64,000 bases of DNA from Octopus sinensis (Eukaryota). The translations under genes were made by a program, and so were the position numbers. The notes beneath the pieces are model-generated. The model was not told the DNA's origin and made no database searches. It was given only the letters and a program-made list of their open reading frames with translations. The DNA lies in assembly GCF_006345805.1 (NCBI RefSeq), contig NC_043006.1:100626001-100690000 (forward strand). The letters are read 5' to 3'. This document shows, one piece after another, positions 27,225-41,428 of this stretch (its first letter is position 1; each line of letters opens with the position of its first letter).

Positions 27225-27478
27225 TGTGTGTGCGATAAGAAGTCTACATCCCAACCACGTGGTTCCCACTGCGTGGCACCTTGAGTAACTGCGTTCTACT
27301 ATAGACTCTTGTCCTGATCAAAGCCTTGAGAGTCGATTTGGTGAATGGAAATTGAACGAAACCCGCCGTATATGAGTGTGTAATGAGAAATGGGGTCAAT
27401 AAATTCAAATGAAATTCTTCACAGTGGTGCCCCAGTATGGCCGCGATTTGATGGCTGAAACAAATAAAAGAAAAAAGA
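27225..27478 (+). mobile_element. SINE family A, degenerate
   Basis: caaccacgtggttcccactgcgtggcacctt, gatttggtgaatggaaattgaa, ggtgccccagtatggccgc..gctgaaacaaataaaag. Confidence 0.7.
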
Positions 27479-28467
27479 TAATGTCTCTATTGACCAATCT
27501 TAAACCCAGCAATCCCTCGTTCGTATACACACACACACACACAAATATATATATATATACATAAATTCAGGGTGAATACTTGATAAGCTTGAAACACGTG
27601 TATCGCGACATCCTTTGTGTTATATACATACATATATATACACAAAACACAGAGGCATCTGCGTATAGACACATATGCACATACAATATATATCTAGATA
27701 TAGATAGATAGATAGATAGATCTGCATGTATGTATATATATATATATACATGCATATATATGTGAGTGTTATGCATTCATTTTCCGTAACCAAGAAATGT
27801 GATTGTGTTTACATTTACACCACAATAAAACCGGTTATTATTTATGTTGTATCTCATAATCTAGCTCCTGGGCAAATAGAGACTGATAAAATAAGTTCAA
27901 CCTGACATAAGTAACGGTATTTGTTATTACCTTTTGTAGATCGTGCGCAGTGTTATCTAAATCTAAAACCATTAAAATTATTAAAAACGTCATAAAATGA
28001 CGTCTAAAATTACATTTTTAACGTGTACTTGACGCTGCCTTTTAATTGATAATCTCAATGTTTTTAGTCAACTGGTATATACGCCATTGTGATGTTAAAA
28101 TGAAGTGTCAAATTTGAAACAAAATTTGACATTATATTTTAAGATTCGAGGTTTGCAAAAAACAAAAAAAAAATAGTTTCCCCTTAAACCTTTACGTTTC
28201 TGAATGACTTAAAATTATAGAAATTCACTCTCAAGCTTTAATATTTTGGCCATTTTTTTAAATATATTATGTTTTTTGGGCATTTGTTCAAAGAAACAAA
28301 ATATTGCATTTTTCAACTGATAATTGAATTGCTCCAAACTTACATACCCCAAGCAAATTTTAATTTGAAATTTAAATAATTTTCAAACATTGTTTCAGTG
28401 AAAGTTTTATGGATTCCGGTTGTATTTTTATTTTAGTATTGCCTTTATATCATCACCATCATCATCA

Positions 28468-28545
<78 letters not shown>

Positions 28546-29122
28546 TTATTATTATTATTTTTATATTATTATTATTAAAGCTATTCAACTTTTTAATTTC
28601 TTTTCCTGCATTATGAGGAGAAAGCCCGAAAAGCATTTGTAAAACAATATCGATTTTAGAAATTTTAATATTAACGCCATCTGTCTGTACACTTTTGTTT
28701 TGTGCGTTCGTTTAATTTGTGCAGTCATTATTGTTTTCATTGTTAACAACTCTGTTTTATTTCTTGTCCCAATCAAAGAGAAAATAAAACAATAGCAATT
28801 TGACAAAACATTTTCGACTTAAAGAAGTGGCGCTAGAAAATGTAGAAATGTTATTTGAAGCTCACGAAGAACAAGGTTCGCGGATGTCGTTTGAATACTA
28901 TTAACTAAACGGTTAATAGAAATATTCAACTTGATTCAATGTGTTGTTGCTATTTTAGACGAAGTTTATTATATATCAATAAAGGGTCAGTTAAAACTGT
29001 TTTAACAAAATATAGATTAACCAATACTATGTAACGCAAAGAAATCTACAACAGAATGAAAGGAATCAATGTATTGGTAGAACGCAGTCGTGTTTTCAAA
29101 CAACGCGCTCACATATACATAT

Positions 29123-29123
<1 letters not shown>

Positions 29124-29194
<71 letters not shown>

Positions 29195-29204
29195 GCAGAT
29201 AGAC

Positions 29205-29245
<41 letters not shown>

Positions 29246-29267
29246 CATACATACATACATACATACA

Positions 29268-29299
<32 letters not shown>

Positions 29300-29300
29300 C
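29124..29300. repeat. (GATA)n(CATA)n microsatellite
   Basis: Direct read. Confidence 0.95.
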
Positions 29301-29849
29301 ATATATTCATATAGATATATGTAGATATATATGCATACATATACATATATTGGCTGTGCGAGTATAGCTATATACATACATATATAAATATAAGATTTCT
29401 CTTTCGTTTATGTTACGTCTCCAGGTTTTTCTCCTATTCATGATTCTCATTTGTATTGAATATTCTGTAATTATTTATTTTCTTTTTTGTCTGGAACTGA
29501 ATTGTAACACCTCAGTATACGTTGACAATAGAGTTATTATTGACCAGATATGGATTTCCGTTTCCTACAATAAACAGGCGACTGTTTTGGAATCTATTCC
29601 TCACCAGTATATCTTTGTACGGTTTCATGTTTAGATATGAATTCGAAAGTATATTATATTGGTTTCCTTTTTATTTTCACTATTTGATTTGAGAGATAAA
29701 ATTTGCGAGTTGCCGAAAGAATGAAATGTATTATCTCCTAATTTAGAGACTCATAAAAGAAAATTATGCGAGTTGATATCTTTTATCTTTTACTGGTTTC
29801 AGCCACTGGGTTTCTTTTCTGTGTCCTTTCTGGTGAAGTAGCATGTTGG

Positions 29850-30450
29850 ACTAAGCCGCTCTTCTTCATGCGTCATACGGCGAAGTGGGTTCGTCTGGTA
29901 TCTCATCTAAAATTTGTCCCGACGCTAATTGAAGACCTACGCATCCGCACCTCAAAAATCTCTGAAGTTGTTTTGCAAAATATTGAATAGTTGTGGAGCC
30001 TTGAAACCCAAGTTGGTACATTACTACGTCCTTATTCTAAATAGAAAAGACGGGACCTTTGGTTCTGTGCAGTGCTGACTGTTGAATCTTGTCTCAATAT
30101 AAAACTTGTCTTCAATGTATTCAGGACTGTCATAAAGTAGACAGACACTGAGTAGTAGTCCAGGAGCCCCACGGGTCAAAGGCGCTCAATTTCGATCTGT
30201 GTATTCTGTGGCATATAATAAATAAATAAATAGTATAGGGACCAGTACATTGATTTCTCCCAGTGGCCTATAATGCTGCTAAGACAATCTTGATAATATT
30301 TCCTGATATTCCTGAAGAACTGTATAATGGTATTTAATTCTGCCATCGATATTGAGTTCTCTATATTTTGTGAATGTCTCCCTTGTCACACTTTTTTGCA
30401 CTCCAAAATATGACATATTTTGAAACAGGTTTTATATAGGTCACTTAATG
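29850..30450 (-). mobile_element. L2/CR1-group LINE 3' end remnant
   Basis: Minus translation CTNLGFKAPQLFNILQNNFRDF...EIPDEP resembles the C-terminal GPxLFNxLP..LRD..FK..LD..L..VPDEP motif. Confidence 0.65.
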
Positions 30451-30619
30451 CAGACAAATGATGAAATATTCACTGGAAATGAAACACATTATCTGTTTAA
30501 GTATTATAGTGCAAATATGGGTATACACAAAATTGATTACTCTATTAAAGTTAAACATCGTTAAACATCATAGAAGGTCATCACCAGGTTCAATGGAGAA
30601 TTCGCTGCGCCATAGCGTA

Positions 30620-31830
30620 GCAAATGCAGTGACGTCTATTTGATTCTTGATTAGTAAATATTGTTTTGAAACACTACAATATTAAGACGATAAAAATTTC
30701 AACGGAGGACAAATATCAAGCAATTTACTAAGAGCATTTTAGATTTTGTGGCAAACATTAACTTCGGTACATACAAGAAATGTGTTCAAAATAAGATTAA
30801 GCAAGGATATTAAAAAGCAATATCCTTAAATTATGCGTTTGTTTTGGCTTTTATTTCACCTGAAAAGATTAATAGCATCTATGAGATAGATAGATAATGA
30901 TAAACATAGGCAGCTACTCTTAATGACTTTGCTAATACTTATAGGAAAATACATGGAAATATATATTACACAATGATCAAATAGCGAAGAAAATTAAATT
31001 AGGTAAGTGACTAGAATGTCTATCTAAATGTGAAGCATTTACCTTTGAAGATCGCAGATAGACTTCGTTAAAATCTCCAAATGCAGGCTAATAAACCCTA
31101 ATAAAAAGGGAATAGGTTTGATAATCAGAAATGTTTTATAAAACAAACAATTCTAATATCAGAAACAACTAACCTGAAATGATGAACTTATAGGTATACT
31201 ATTATCAACCCGTTTAGGAACTTTTAAAATGCACTAAGACAATTCACTCAATATGGTATCGTAGTTCGTACATTTCGATGTCTAGAACCTTTCTAGAAGA
31301 GCTACCAAATTCCCCAGGAGTTCCTGAAATTTATATGAAATACATTGGAAACTATTTTTGCAAGCTTTCAATACATTTCTCTATGATAAAGTATTACCAT
31401 ATTTGGAACTTTTGCAACCATCAGGTTTATTTGGCATCTATAATGTCAGACATAAGTGTTCTGGTTGGCATTTACATATCGGATATAATAGAGGTTAAAT
31501 TCGCTTATACTCAACGTCGGCATTTACTAAGACAATGGGTTAGCTGTGGCACACCTTAGTGACGGCCTATGGTAGATTCCTTGGAGGTAAACCTCATAAA
31601 GCACTTGGATAGCTTTGGATTGAAAGTTACGGTATCAACCAATCTCAGTATAATTGGTCTAGATCTCACAATATATTAGAATGAGGCACACACAAATTAA
31701 AGTATAATCGATATGCACTCTTGCCGCTTGCCGACAGTCTTTAAAACTTTTGGTTACTAAGATATCAGATATACTCTTCAATAAATGTTTGAAATATTCC
31801 AATCTAATGCAGTATCAAGTCATATTTTTT
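30620..31830 (+). mobile_element. Highly decayed Penelope-like RT
   Basis: KCRLINPNKKGIG and GPMVDSLEVNLIKHLDSFGLKVTVSTNLSIIGLDLT match PLE RT motifs (CRLINP.K.EIG; GLKITIxTNLK.V.FLDVT). Confidence 0.6.
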
Positions 31831-31832
31831 GC

Positions 31833-31905
<73 letters not shown>

Positions 31906-33676
31906 ATATGGAAGGAATAGTCAATTATCGATTTTATTACTCCTTGTGTACTTTGCTAAGTTAAGGAAAGTAAATGCTCCACATTAAGAAGAACAGATAA
32001 GTGATTTTTCTCCCATATTTGAATTCGTAGCGTTAATCACGATTATAGCGTAAATTCTTGAATTTTCTCGTAGACTTTTAAAGAAAAAATAAACATTTAT
32101 ACAAAAACCAAGGCAAGAAAAAGTAAAACGCGTTATTAAAGAAACATTAAATATTAAAAAGGTATCATTACATGTGGTTCGAATTTGTGAAGGATTCGAC
32201 GAAACGTCCACTTTATATTCATTTATCTTATTAATTTTATTGTAATTTAGCGGAATACCTTGCGGCGATATTGTTTTGTTTTTCTGTTCATTGGCATTCT
32301 GATTTCAAATAAACTTCAAAGAAGATAAAGTCTAATAAATCAAAATGGTGCACATGCTCCTCCAGGCCCCGAACTGCAGGCCTACTGACTAGTCGAGGTC
32401 AATATGTGATTATGTTGCCATCTCTTGAGCATAGTACTTACTACTAAGATTTTTGTAGTGATCGGCACAATCACGGTGACACAGCCATGCCACACGTGGG
32501 CAGCCTGACGCGGCTGTTGGTGATAGAGGTGTAACGCTGCCAAAACCGATAACGAAAGTAGAATTACGCTTAGTGCGGATGGGGTTGTGCGATAGGCAGA
32601 TTAATTGGCTTCGAGAATGTGCCCAAATAAACTTTTTGTATAAGGACAAAACCTGTAAAAAAAAAAGACTTCCCGTTGTCTCTTTTGTCCTAGACAGTGG
32701 CGCTGCTGAAAAGCAATGCAAGCAATAGGACATCAACAATTTCCTGTCCATAAATTTGATGATCACAGTAACTATTATTTTAGCGAGGGTGCTTGTTAAG
32801 ACGTTGGCTCATATCCGTAGTGTAGCACATATCTGTGTTATTCCAACCGATTTATACACGGCAGTATGAACTTCGTGTCTGACAGCTGTGAGTTTCTCAG
32901 AAATAAATTTATCATCGGTTGAGCTCGAAACCCCTTCGATAGAATTGATTGTCTGTTCTTGACGACTGTGCTCAGTGAAGCTGGTTTGATTTGAAAGATA
33001 CATTCATACATGCTTCTGCAGCTAGCAAACTAAACACAGTGTGAAGATAGGGGGCGTAAAGGAAGGCGCAGCCCGTTTAAAGGAAGGATAACTATTTTCG
33101 TGCGTTGAAATTTCGAAGTTCAAATAGTAGCACTACTACTACAGCGACGAACAGCATTAGCAGTAACAACAACGTTAACTGAAAGAACAACAGCAGAAGT
33201 TGGAGCAGCAATAACATCAAAGAAGGAATTGGAAAGTGAGTGTTCAAATCTCAGCTTTCTCGATGAAAGGTCAAAGTTCAAAAGGTTGCATGGCTACTCT
33301 AAATGCAAACTGAAGTAGCATCATTATCAAACATGCACAAGAACAACAGCAATAATGATAGCAAGAGTAATATCGGAAGCAGTAGCAGAGGTGAAAGCAT
33401 TAGAAGTAATAATAGCAGAGGCAGTGAAAAACGCAGCAAAAAGCATTTCTTTTTTATGTAGATTTCCAACGTTTTCAATCGTTCCATCTTTTTATGCTCT
33501 TCGAAAGCCGTTTGTTTTCACTCTTCCAAAAATCATGAATATTTAGAAAAGGCAGAGAAACAGGAAAGTTACTCTCAATAAACTGCAACATATCTAGAAC
33601 AACCAGAAAGGAAGACAATTTTTGTAAACATTTCTCTCAGTATTAATACTACCTCCGTCGTTAATAAATATTTTCA

Positions 33677-33810
33677 AGCGGTTCGGCAAAAAGAGACCAA
33701 TAGAATAAGTACTGGGCTTACAAAAGAATAAGTCCCGGGGTCGATTTGCTCGACTAAAGGCGGTGCTCCAGCATGGCCGCAGTCAAATGACTGAAACAAG
33801 TACAAAAAAA
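33677..33810 (+). mobile_element. SINE family A 3' half
   Basis: Near identical to 40195-40320. Confidence 0.9.
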
Positions 33811-34669
33811 AAAGAAAAAAAAAAGGCCACTGGCCAGTATCGGCACGGGCACCTGTTCTGGTACTATTACTCTATATATCATTGGTGGAGACAAATTGCT
33901 AATATCTCTAGCGGTCGAGCATCCATTGAGAGGAACAACGAAAGTCGAAATTGTGGTTTGGCGCAAAGATTGCAGGGATTTGTCTCCCCACCAGTGCTAT
34001 AAACAAGTGTACAATCTGCACAGAAAGCCAGTGTGAGTGTTTCTCTCATGGTAATTACTATAGTGTAGTTTGTTTAAATAGGACATCCACGTTTAAAATT
34101 GGATAAAATGTCTGTATAGATACGTATCTACGTACAAAACACAAAGTAGAGCGTATACCTTCAGACCAAGCTGAATTGCTTAAAGAATATTTTACTAGCC
34201 ATTGTGTTTGTGGGACGTGCCCATAAGTTCAAAAACAGTCACGTATTTGAATTCATGTCCCACTCACAAAGCCTAGACCAGAAGCATTTTAGTTTTATAC
34301 GTTTTTGCCTGGGATGAATATTGTTTTTTCTAAGAAGACTCAAACATACTGCTAGAACTACACTGTTGGTTGATAATAAGATGTGTAGTTATGGAAAACC
34401 TGAACCCACCGCTACAAATAAAGCAATTCAGAAAGGAAATTGGGTTGCAACGGGTCTGGTAATTCTAATACGCTGCAATAAATGTGTAAATCTGAAAGTG
34501 GAAGATGTTGAATTAAATCATAATTAACGGTTTCTTCCTTATTTTCTGTTATCCAAAGCCAGGAATTTTCAGCACCCTCTCGTACATCTAACCTGCCAAA
34601 ATTTTGTTCCAGATTGAAGGTGACGACTGTAGCCGCACTTTGAACACAACGTACTGAATACTGCATCTT

Positions 34670-35753
34670 ACAGGTGACTAGTTTTCAGAATGCACTCGAA
34701 ATGCGAAGACAATTTGGAAGCTGGCTATTTAATAAAATTTTGTATTAAATGGGCAAAAACGCGACAGAATCTTGTGAAATTCCTCAGAGTGCTTATGGAT
34801 TAACTGGCATGAACTGATCATCTTGTTTTTGCTGGCAAGAGATTCAAGGATGGTAGAGAGGATGTAAGAGACGATGAGAGGTGTGGGACGGAGAGGGGCG
34901 TTTAAGCATCAGAACTAGTTGAGAAAATTCGCAATTTTCTGGACGAAAATTGTTGTATGCCTATAATGACAAAACGCATATAATTTAGAGATAGATATCT
35001 GAATATGCTCAAAATTTGCATAAAATTTGTTCCCAAGGTGCTCAGTGACGAACACGAGGAAATATGCTTTGGTGTCAGCGGGAAGATGGTTGATCTCATT
35101 ACCTCCAATCCAAGAATATTTGAGTCTCTCGTAACTTGTAGTGAAATCTGGTTCTACTGCTATGATCCACAGACTAAAATAATGTATACCTAATGGAAGC
35201 ATTTTGGTTTCCCCAGACCCAAGGATGGCAGGCAAATCAAGTCTATCAGGAAACTCGTGATGATCACCTATTTCAACAGAAAAGGCATCATCTGCATGCA
35301 CTGGTTTCTCTAGAGCGAGATGGTCAGCAAAGAGTACTTTATGGAAGTTTTCAAGGGGTTCAGGAATTGATTTCATCGCACAAGACCAGAGCTCTTTCAC
35401 TCGTGTCGGTGGAACCTGTACCATGACAATGCAACATGCCCACAATTCTATCCTTGTAACCAACTGGTTGGGAGGCATAGGATCAGTATTGTTCCTACAC
35501 TTCCCTATAGTCCAGACCTTGTTCTTTGTGACATATGACTGTTCTCCAAGGTAAAGGAGAACTGTAGGAGAAATCTTTTTGAAGACATTGAAAAGATGAA
35601 GGAAGCTGGGGAAACGAGCCTGGATACCTTCCTTCATTTTGGAGGACTTTAGGGGGCCTTCACGAAGTTGTTGGAGCACTAAAACATATGTTTTTTTTTT
35701 AATGAATAAATGTCTTTCCTGGAAAATCTCAAAACTTCTGGAATGTACTTTGT
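34670..35753 (+). mobile_element. mariner (DD34D) transposase pseudogene
   Basis: GKNATE, RFKDGREDVRDDERCG, KFVPKVLSDEH, LVTCSEIWFYCYDPQTK, HDNA, PYSPDLVLCD..LFSKVKE. Confidence 0.9.
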
Positions 35754-35759
35754 ACGTAG

Positions 35760-37440
35760 CGGTGCCTAGGGTAAAATTTAACCAATAACTGAGTAGGCTT
35801 GCAGCTCTGTACCTGGAGAAGAAGGTCTACGCCATCCAACAGCGTTGTAGGGGTCTCGATCGACAGACCAGTTAAATTGCACGTGGTCTGGTTTAGTGCA
35901 GGCCTTAAAAGGACAGAAACGAGGTCAGGAGCAGTGTGGTCAATCTCATCTTGAAGTAAGCTGTGAGAAAGGCATTCCTGAAACAATAGGCTAACGTGGC
36001 AAACGCTTACATCGGTTTTACTTTATATTACAGTCTGATCGTAGTGCCTTGCCCCAGTTCACATTTTACCGTACAAAAGCACGGAGCGCCTACACATCAG
36101 CTGTCTTTGCAGAAGACGTGCTACACTGGTCATATATTTAATTTGTTGTCACGACACGCTGACTAGAGGACCGGCTATGCCGTATCTAATTATGTGCAGT
36201 CATACGCTGAAACTTTATGTTTCCTTGATAGTAAACAATTTATCAAACACGATATCAAGTTTCACTTGAAAAGGAAAGTTTGAGCAGAGAGCAAAGGGCC
36301 ATATCCCAACAAATATGCTAAAAGGCGGATTTAGAGTAACGGGTGGTCTGCCTGAACAGATGATCCGAGTAAACATGTTTATTCTGAGTATATGCTTGTA
36401 AATTGAAGGAGGAAGATAGAAAGAGCATACCTATGAATAGATTAAAAACTTAAAAATCAGTTGCATAAATGCCACGCATCGCAGAATCAGAAGCTCGACC
36501 TCATTTTATACTGTTTACAACATTGAGCGAATCTGTAACACGGTTCTTTTGAACCATGGATAGGTGGTTATTTTTGAAGTAGGGAACATTATTTAAAGTC
36601 GGTATGGCTATCCCTATGGAATCATCCTCAACAGACAACAGTTTAGCAGAGTTGAGAAATAGGACGCAAAACATCTCAACAGAATTTCTCAAACAAAACA
36701 AATTGCTACATGTCGGATTTTTGCTTCGTTATAGTGTGACATTTTGAGAAACAATTATGTCATGTCTTTTATAACTGCATTGCTCATTCTACTATATTCA
36801 ATGGAAGAATTATAACTTGAACTTAGGTCATACAGGATCGATAGAGGGTATATTAAAGAATATTGTAATGTATTCAACCATTTCCCATAACTGATCGAGG
36901 TTGATTACTTTGCCTCTGATTTCAGAGACTGGTACTGTGTCACATAGTTTGGCGCACTCGGTTGAATCGTGTACTAATATTAGTTGTATCGATCGAGAAA
37001 GGAGCAATTCGTTAACACTATTACTCGTACCTATTTGAACTACGTTGAAAGGCGCCATCGGTCGAATCGAGTACCGGTGCTTGTTTGATTAAAGGTGAAA
37101 GGATGAAATGCAGAGTTGGTATTGATAGAATTTGATCTCTAATGAAGAGGATTCCAAAACTATCAATACTGCAAGGTATGCTTCCTGCCAATGTCGATCG
37201 CGCAAGAAACGCTGAAAAAGTTTCGACTTCGCGCGAATTATTTCACAGAATTCCATAGAATTGCATCGTGCCGCCTCATAAACAGCTCCACATTGGTCGG
37301 AAAATGATAGGATGGCCATATTTGGAACGCCTCTAACTGATCAGGTCTGTCTTGGTGTTCGCAGAGACAGAAATAAATTCACAATAAATCAAGGTAACGG
37401 CTCGAGTTCAATACACAATTGATCCTGATATAATTCTCCA
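35760..37440 (-). mobile_element. Possible very decayed Gypsy pol remnant, interrupted by a SINE B trace near 37080-37200
   Basis: Weak resemblance only: AILSFSDQ (RT thumb), LLLSRSIQLILVHDSTECA (RNase H start), ARH..C..SK (integrase zinc finger). Confidence 0.25.
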
Positions 37441-37978
37441 ACCTGTCATTTTATTTTCCCTTACGATATAGGACATTCGTACCGAGTCCTCAATATAAAT
37501 CGCAACCAATTATTAGACAGTGTTACCGAAAGGAAACCATGGATCCACGTGAATAAATCTACTTCTACCCCGATGATAGATCTACCCATCCAAAAGAAAA
37601 GATATTATCCATTTTCTTTCTGTTCTTGTCGCTATTTCTCTTTCATTTTCGTTTAATTTGTTTTCCCCCTTGGTTTATCTCTTTTGGCTTTCTTTTCCTT
37701 TTCCTTTCTCAGAAGCACATTATCTGGATCAATGGACTCCAAAATAACCCAACATTTACATTTTAGAAAGAAATAAAATGGAAAAGTAAAAAGTCGAGAA
37801 AATATATATATGATCAAATGCGTGTTGAGTAATCGGTGCTATTGATGTTGTAAATGGTTGTGTTAGCATTTCGTAACAGTGATAGTTCAAGCAGAAAAAT
37901 AATGATGACTTGTAGTTTTTGTTGTTGTTGTTGCTGTTTTTATGTGTGTATGTGTCGTTTCGTGAGCATATGTGTTCA

Positions 37979-38051
37979 TATGTATGCGAGCGTATATGTA
38001 TGCAAGCGTATATGTATGCGAGCGTATATGTATGCGAGCGTATATGTATGC
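37979..38051. repeat. 16-bp minisatellite (tgtatgcgagcgtata) x about 4.5
   Basis: Direct read. Confidence 0.85.
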
Positions 38052-38477
38052 TGTGTCTTACGTGTGTGAGTACTGATAACGGTCGTCGTAGAGATGGAAG
38101 TAATGGTGGTGGTGGTTGTGGTGGTGATGGTGTGAGGAGTGATGATAGTGGTTGTGGTAGTAATGATGTTAATGTTGCTAAATGGTAGATATGTGATGGC
38201 AGCTGTAATGATAGAAGCAGTGCATTTTTTGGTGATGTTGTGTATAATACTGTGTAATGTAGTGTGATGCGATGTCGATATTATCAATGATAATAGCAAT
38301 GATATCAGAACGTCAGCACGACAAATGTAACGTTAACAACACGTGGGTACTGAAGCTTTAAATCCTGCTAAGCCAAACGATAATAATGATGACGACGGAA
38401 ACGACAGCAACCACGATGACAATAACAACAGCAACAACAATAGTAATAACAGAAATGATAATTATATTAATAATAGT

Positions 38478-38689
38478 GGTTTGAAATTTTAGCTCAAAGC
38501 CAGAAATTTTCGAGGAAGGGTCTTAGTCGATTAGATCAACTTCGGTGTTCAACTGGTACTTATTTTATCAATCTACTCAGAATGGGGGAAAGGCTAAGTC
38601 ACCAACGGTGGTATGTGAAATAAGAATATAAAGATGGGCCAAATGCCGCCATTTAACTGGCGGGAAAACGATTCTGCCAACTAGTCGCC

Positions 38690-38691
<2 letters not shown>
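38478..38691 (-). mobile_element. SINE family B, diverged
   Basis: aactggtacttattttatc and ttctgccaactagtcgcctt blocks. Confidence 0.7.
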
Positions 38692-38766
<75 letters not shown>

Positions 38767-38767
<1 letters not shown>

Positions 38768-38855
38768 GAGCATCACAACAAATCACAGCACATACCCAAG
38801 GCACACAGAGCTGCGCTCGGTAGTGAAGTGAAAGCACGCTATTAAAATAAAACTA

Positions 38856-38860
<5 letters not shown>
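38767..38860 (+). mobile_element. Solo 3' UTR of a Dong-type element in (AAT)n
   Basis: Almost identical to 43928-44021; (AAT)n on both sides. Confidence 0.88.
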
Positions 38861-38940
<80 letters not shown>

Positions 38941-39870
38941 GAAGAGGTGTAATGGGGGATATGGATTGATTAGAGTACAGGAGTGCTTCAACAGTGAAAG
39001 AAGAAACATGGCAGAATATTTGGTAAACAGTACAGAATACCTGGTACAGTATGCTGCTAACCAGAAGGATTGACCACAAATGGACTTGAGAGTGCTTATG
39101 AATTCCGATTACGAACAGCCAACGAGAGAAGAAACCCTACTCTGCATGGAATTACATGATCGGTTCCACCTTGAAACTCACAACTTAAAAAATCACAAAT
39201 CATCATGGAGGTGGCTCAGCAAGGGTGACCTAGAAAAGAAGACTGAAAGCCTAATCATCGCTGCCTAGGATCAGGCATTGTGTACCAACTGTGTGAAAAG
39301 GGATATATACCACACAAGTGCAACGGACCTCAGCAGAATGTATGGGAAGAGGGTCGAAAGCGTGAGTCACATTGTTAGCGCTTGTGAAAGTCTTGCACAA
39401 AATGAGTACAAGCGCGGACACGACAAGGTAACCCAACACCTCCACTGGCTACTAGGCCGGAAATATGGATACGAGGTAACGGATGCTTGGTACCAACATA
39501 CACCGAGAAAGCCAATGGACGGAGAGAGGAAAATAAAAATCTTCTGGAACTTTGACTTCCAGAAAGACAAGGTGTTAGAGCACCAAAGGCCCGATATAAT
39601 AACCTTTAGGAGGGACAAACAAGAATCCCTGATAATTGATGTGGCAGTGCCAGGAGATCAGCATACTATGGGAGAAAGAGAAAAGATTGATAAATATGAA
39701 GACCTGAGAATTGAGATCGCTAAGATATGACAGCTACGAGATTCACACATAAAGGTTTTCCCTACTGTCATCGGAGCATTGGGTTCAATACCAACCAATC
39801 TGAGAAAAACATCTGGAAACTTGAGAAATACTCTATAAGGTACTGCAAAAATCGTGTTTGCTTGTGTAAG
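38941..39870 (+). mobile_element. R4/Dong-type fragment (CCHC and RLE), same subfamily as 18920-21583
   Basis: ORF 39278-39730: ESVSHIVSAC..YKRGHDKV..KIFWNFDFQKDKVLEHQRPDII..LIIDVAVPGD..EKIDKYEDL. Confidence 0.92.
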
Positions 39871-39907
39871 CATTTGTAAACGAAATATAATTAACAGATG
39901 TAGATAT

Positions 39908-40076
39908 AGGCGCAGGAGTGGCTGTGTGGTAAGTAGCTTGCTAACCAACCACATGGTTCCGGGTTCAGTCCCACTGTGTGGCATCTTGGGCAAGTCTCTT
40001 CTTCTATAGCCCCGGGCCGACCAATGCCTTGTGAGTGGAATTGGTAGACGGAAACTGAAAGAAGCCTGTCGTATAA

Positions 40077-40119
<43 letters not shown>

Positions 40120-40334
40120 ATATGTATGTGTGTGTGTTTGTCCCCCTAACATTGCTTGACAACCGATGCTGGTGTGTTTACGTCCCCGTCACTTAGCGGT
40201 TCGGCAAAAGAGACCGATAGAATAAGTACTGGGCTTACAAAGAATAAGTCCCGGGGTCGATTTGCTCGACTAAAGGCGGTGCTCCAGCATGGCCGCAGTC
40301 AAATGACTGAAACAAGTAAAAGAGAGTAAAGAGT
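39908..40334 (+). mobile_element. tRNA-derived SINE family A, full length
   Basis: A box gtggctgtgtggt, B box gggttcagtccc, internal (TA)n(TG)n, aagagt-repeat tail; multiple copies in the window. Confidence 0.92.
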
Positions 40335-41116
40335 ATAGCTCAAGCATGCGTGACTTTAGAATAGAAACTCCCTTGAAATAGTTCTGCATTGAATTGCAGG
40401 AACTCCCCGCCCCTGTCGCAAAGGGGTATCTGTAAACCAACGATGCTATAGTTCACTATCTTGGATAATATACACAGAAACACGCGCATACATACACATG
40501 CACGCACACATATAAGTACGTGTATACATGTGTGTGTATTTATTTATATATATATGTATATATATTTGAACGTGTGTGTGTTTATTTGCGTACAGATCAA
40601 TGTGCGCCTGTTACTGTTAAGTTTGGACATCCACCTAGAATATCCACTCTGTTTCCAATTTAGTGGTTAAGCACCTATTTTCTTAGCCGGATTACTAGTT
40701 ATGGAATACACGGCAAATATCGGTGAAATTATGATAAACGACATCAGTTTCCGTGTATACACATGACTTAAAATCAAAAAGGTATAGGCTATAAATTACA
40801 ATAATTTATAATATGTTCTATAAATCCCTATAGAGGGGAGGGAAGTTGTTGCAGATTATGCTAAAATGAAGCACTGGAAATTCTTGTGACTAGAGATGGC
40901 CTTCTTAATAGCAGAAAACATGCAGTTATCGACTGTTTACACGGAAAGTCCAAGAGTTTTAAATTCTATGAGTAAACAAATATAGACAATACTAACGATT
41001 AATACAGACTTTGTGCGTAAATATGTCAATCTTTATTTCTCTTAATATTCCTCGCTCTCTCTCTCTCTCTCTCTACCCCCCCCCCACACACGTATGTTTA
41101 TATATATATATATATA

Positions 41117-41349
41117 CAGAATTGGACAAAAGTCACCCGACAGTAAATCAAAATTCAATAAATGCTATCTGCAATTCCGTATTGACTCGAATGGAAAAAT
41201 GTGTTGCTCAAGAAGGACTTCAGTTTGAACAGTTTTCATGATGTTTCATATTTAGATGCCTTTATCAAATTTATTCAGTTGTTAAGCATAAATAAATCTT
41301 AGAATAAAATGATTTTGATTTAATGTCAGGTGACATTTGACCTAATTTG
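41117..41349 (+). mobile_element. Tc1/mariner-derived MITE
   Basis: TIRs cagaattggacaaaagtcacccgacagtaaatcaaaat / attttgatttaatgtcaggtgacatttgacctaatttg, TA on both flanks, residual transposase end RMEKCVAQEGLQFEQF. Confidence 0.85.
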
Positions 41350-41369
41350 TATAACAAAATACAAATAAT

Positions 41370-41424
<55 letters not shown>

Positions 41425-41428
<4 letters not shown>

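Noticed and set aside
32170-32215. Stem-loop followed by GAAAC GTC (half hammerhead)
   Set aside because: The CUGANGA half is absent; at best a decayed relic
32340-33030. GC-richer block, possible exon or Gypsy gag relic
   Set aside because: Similarity too weak by eye and no consistent frame
34915-35679. 254-aa minus-strand ORF
   Set aside because: Antisense to the mariner transposase pseudogene
39908-39985. tRNA-like sequences here and at other SINE heads
   Set aside because: A and B boxes are present but they run into SINE bodies; not tRNA genes
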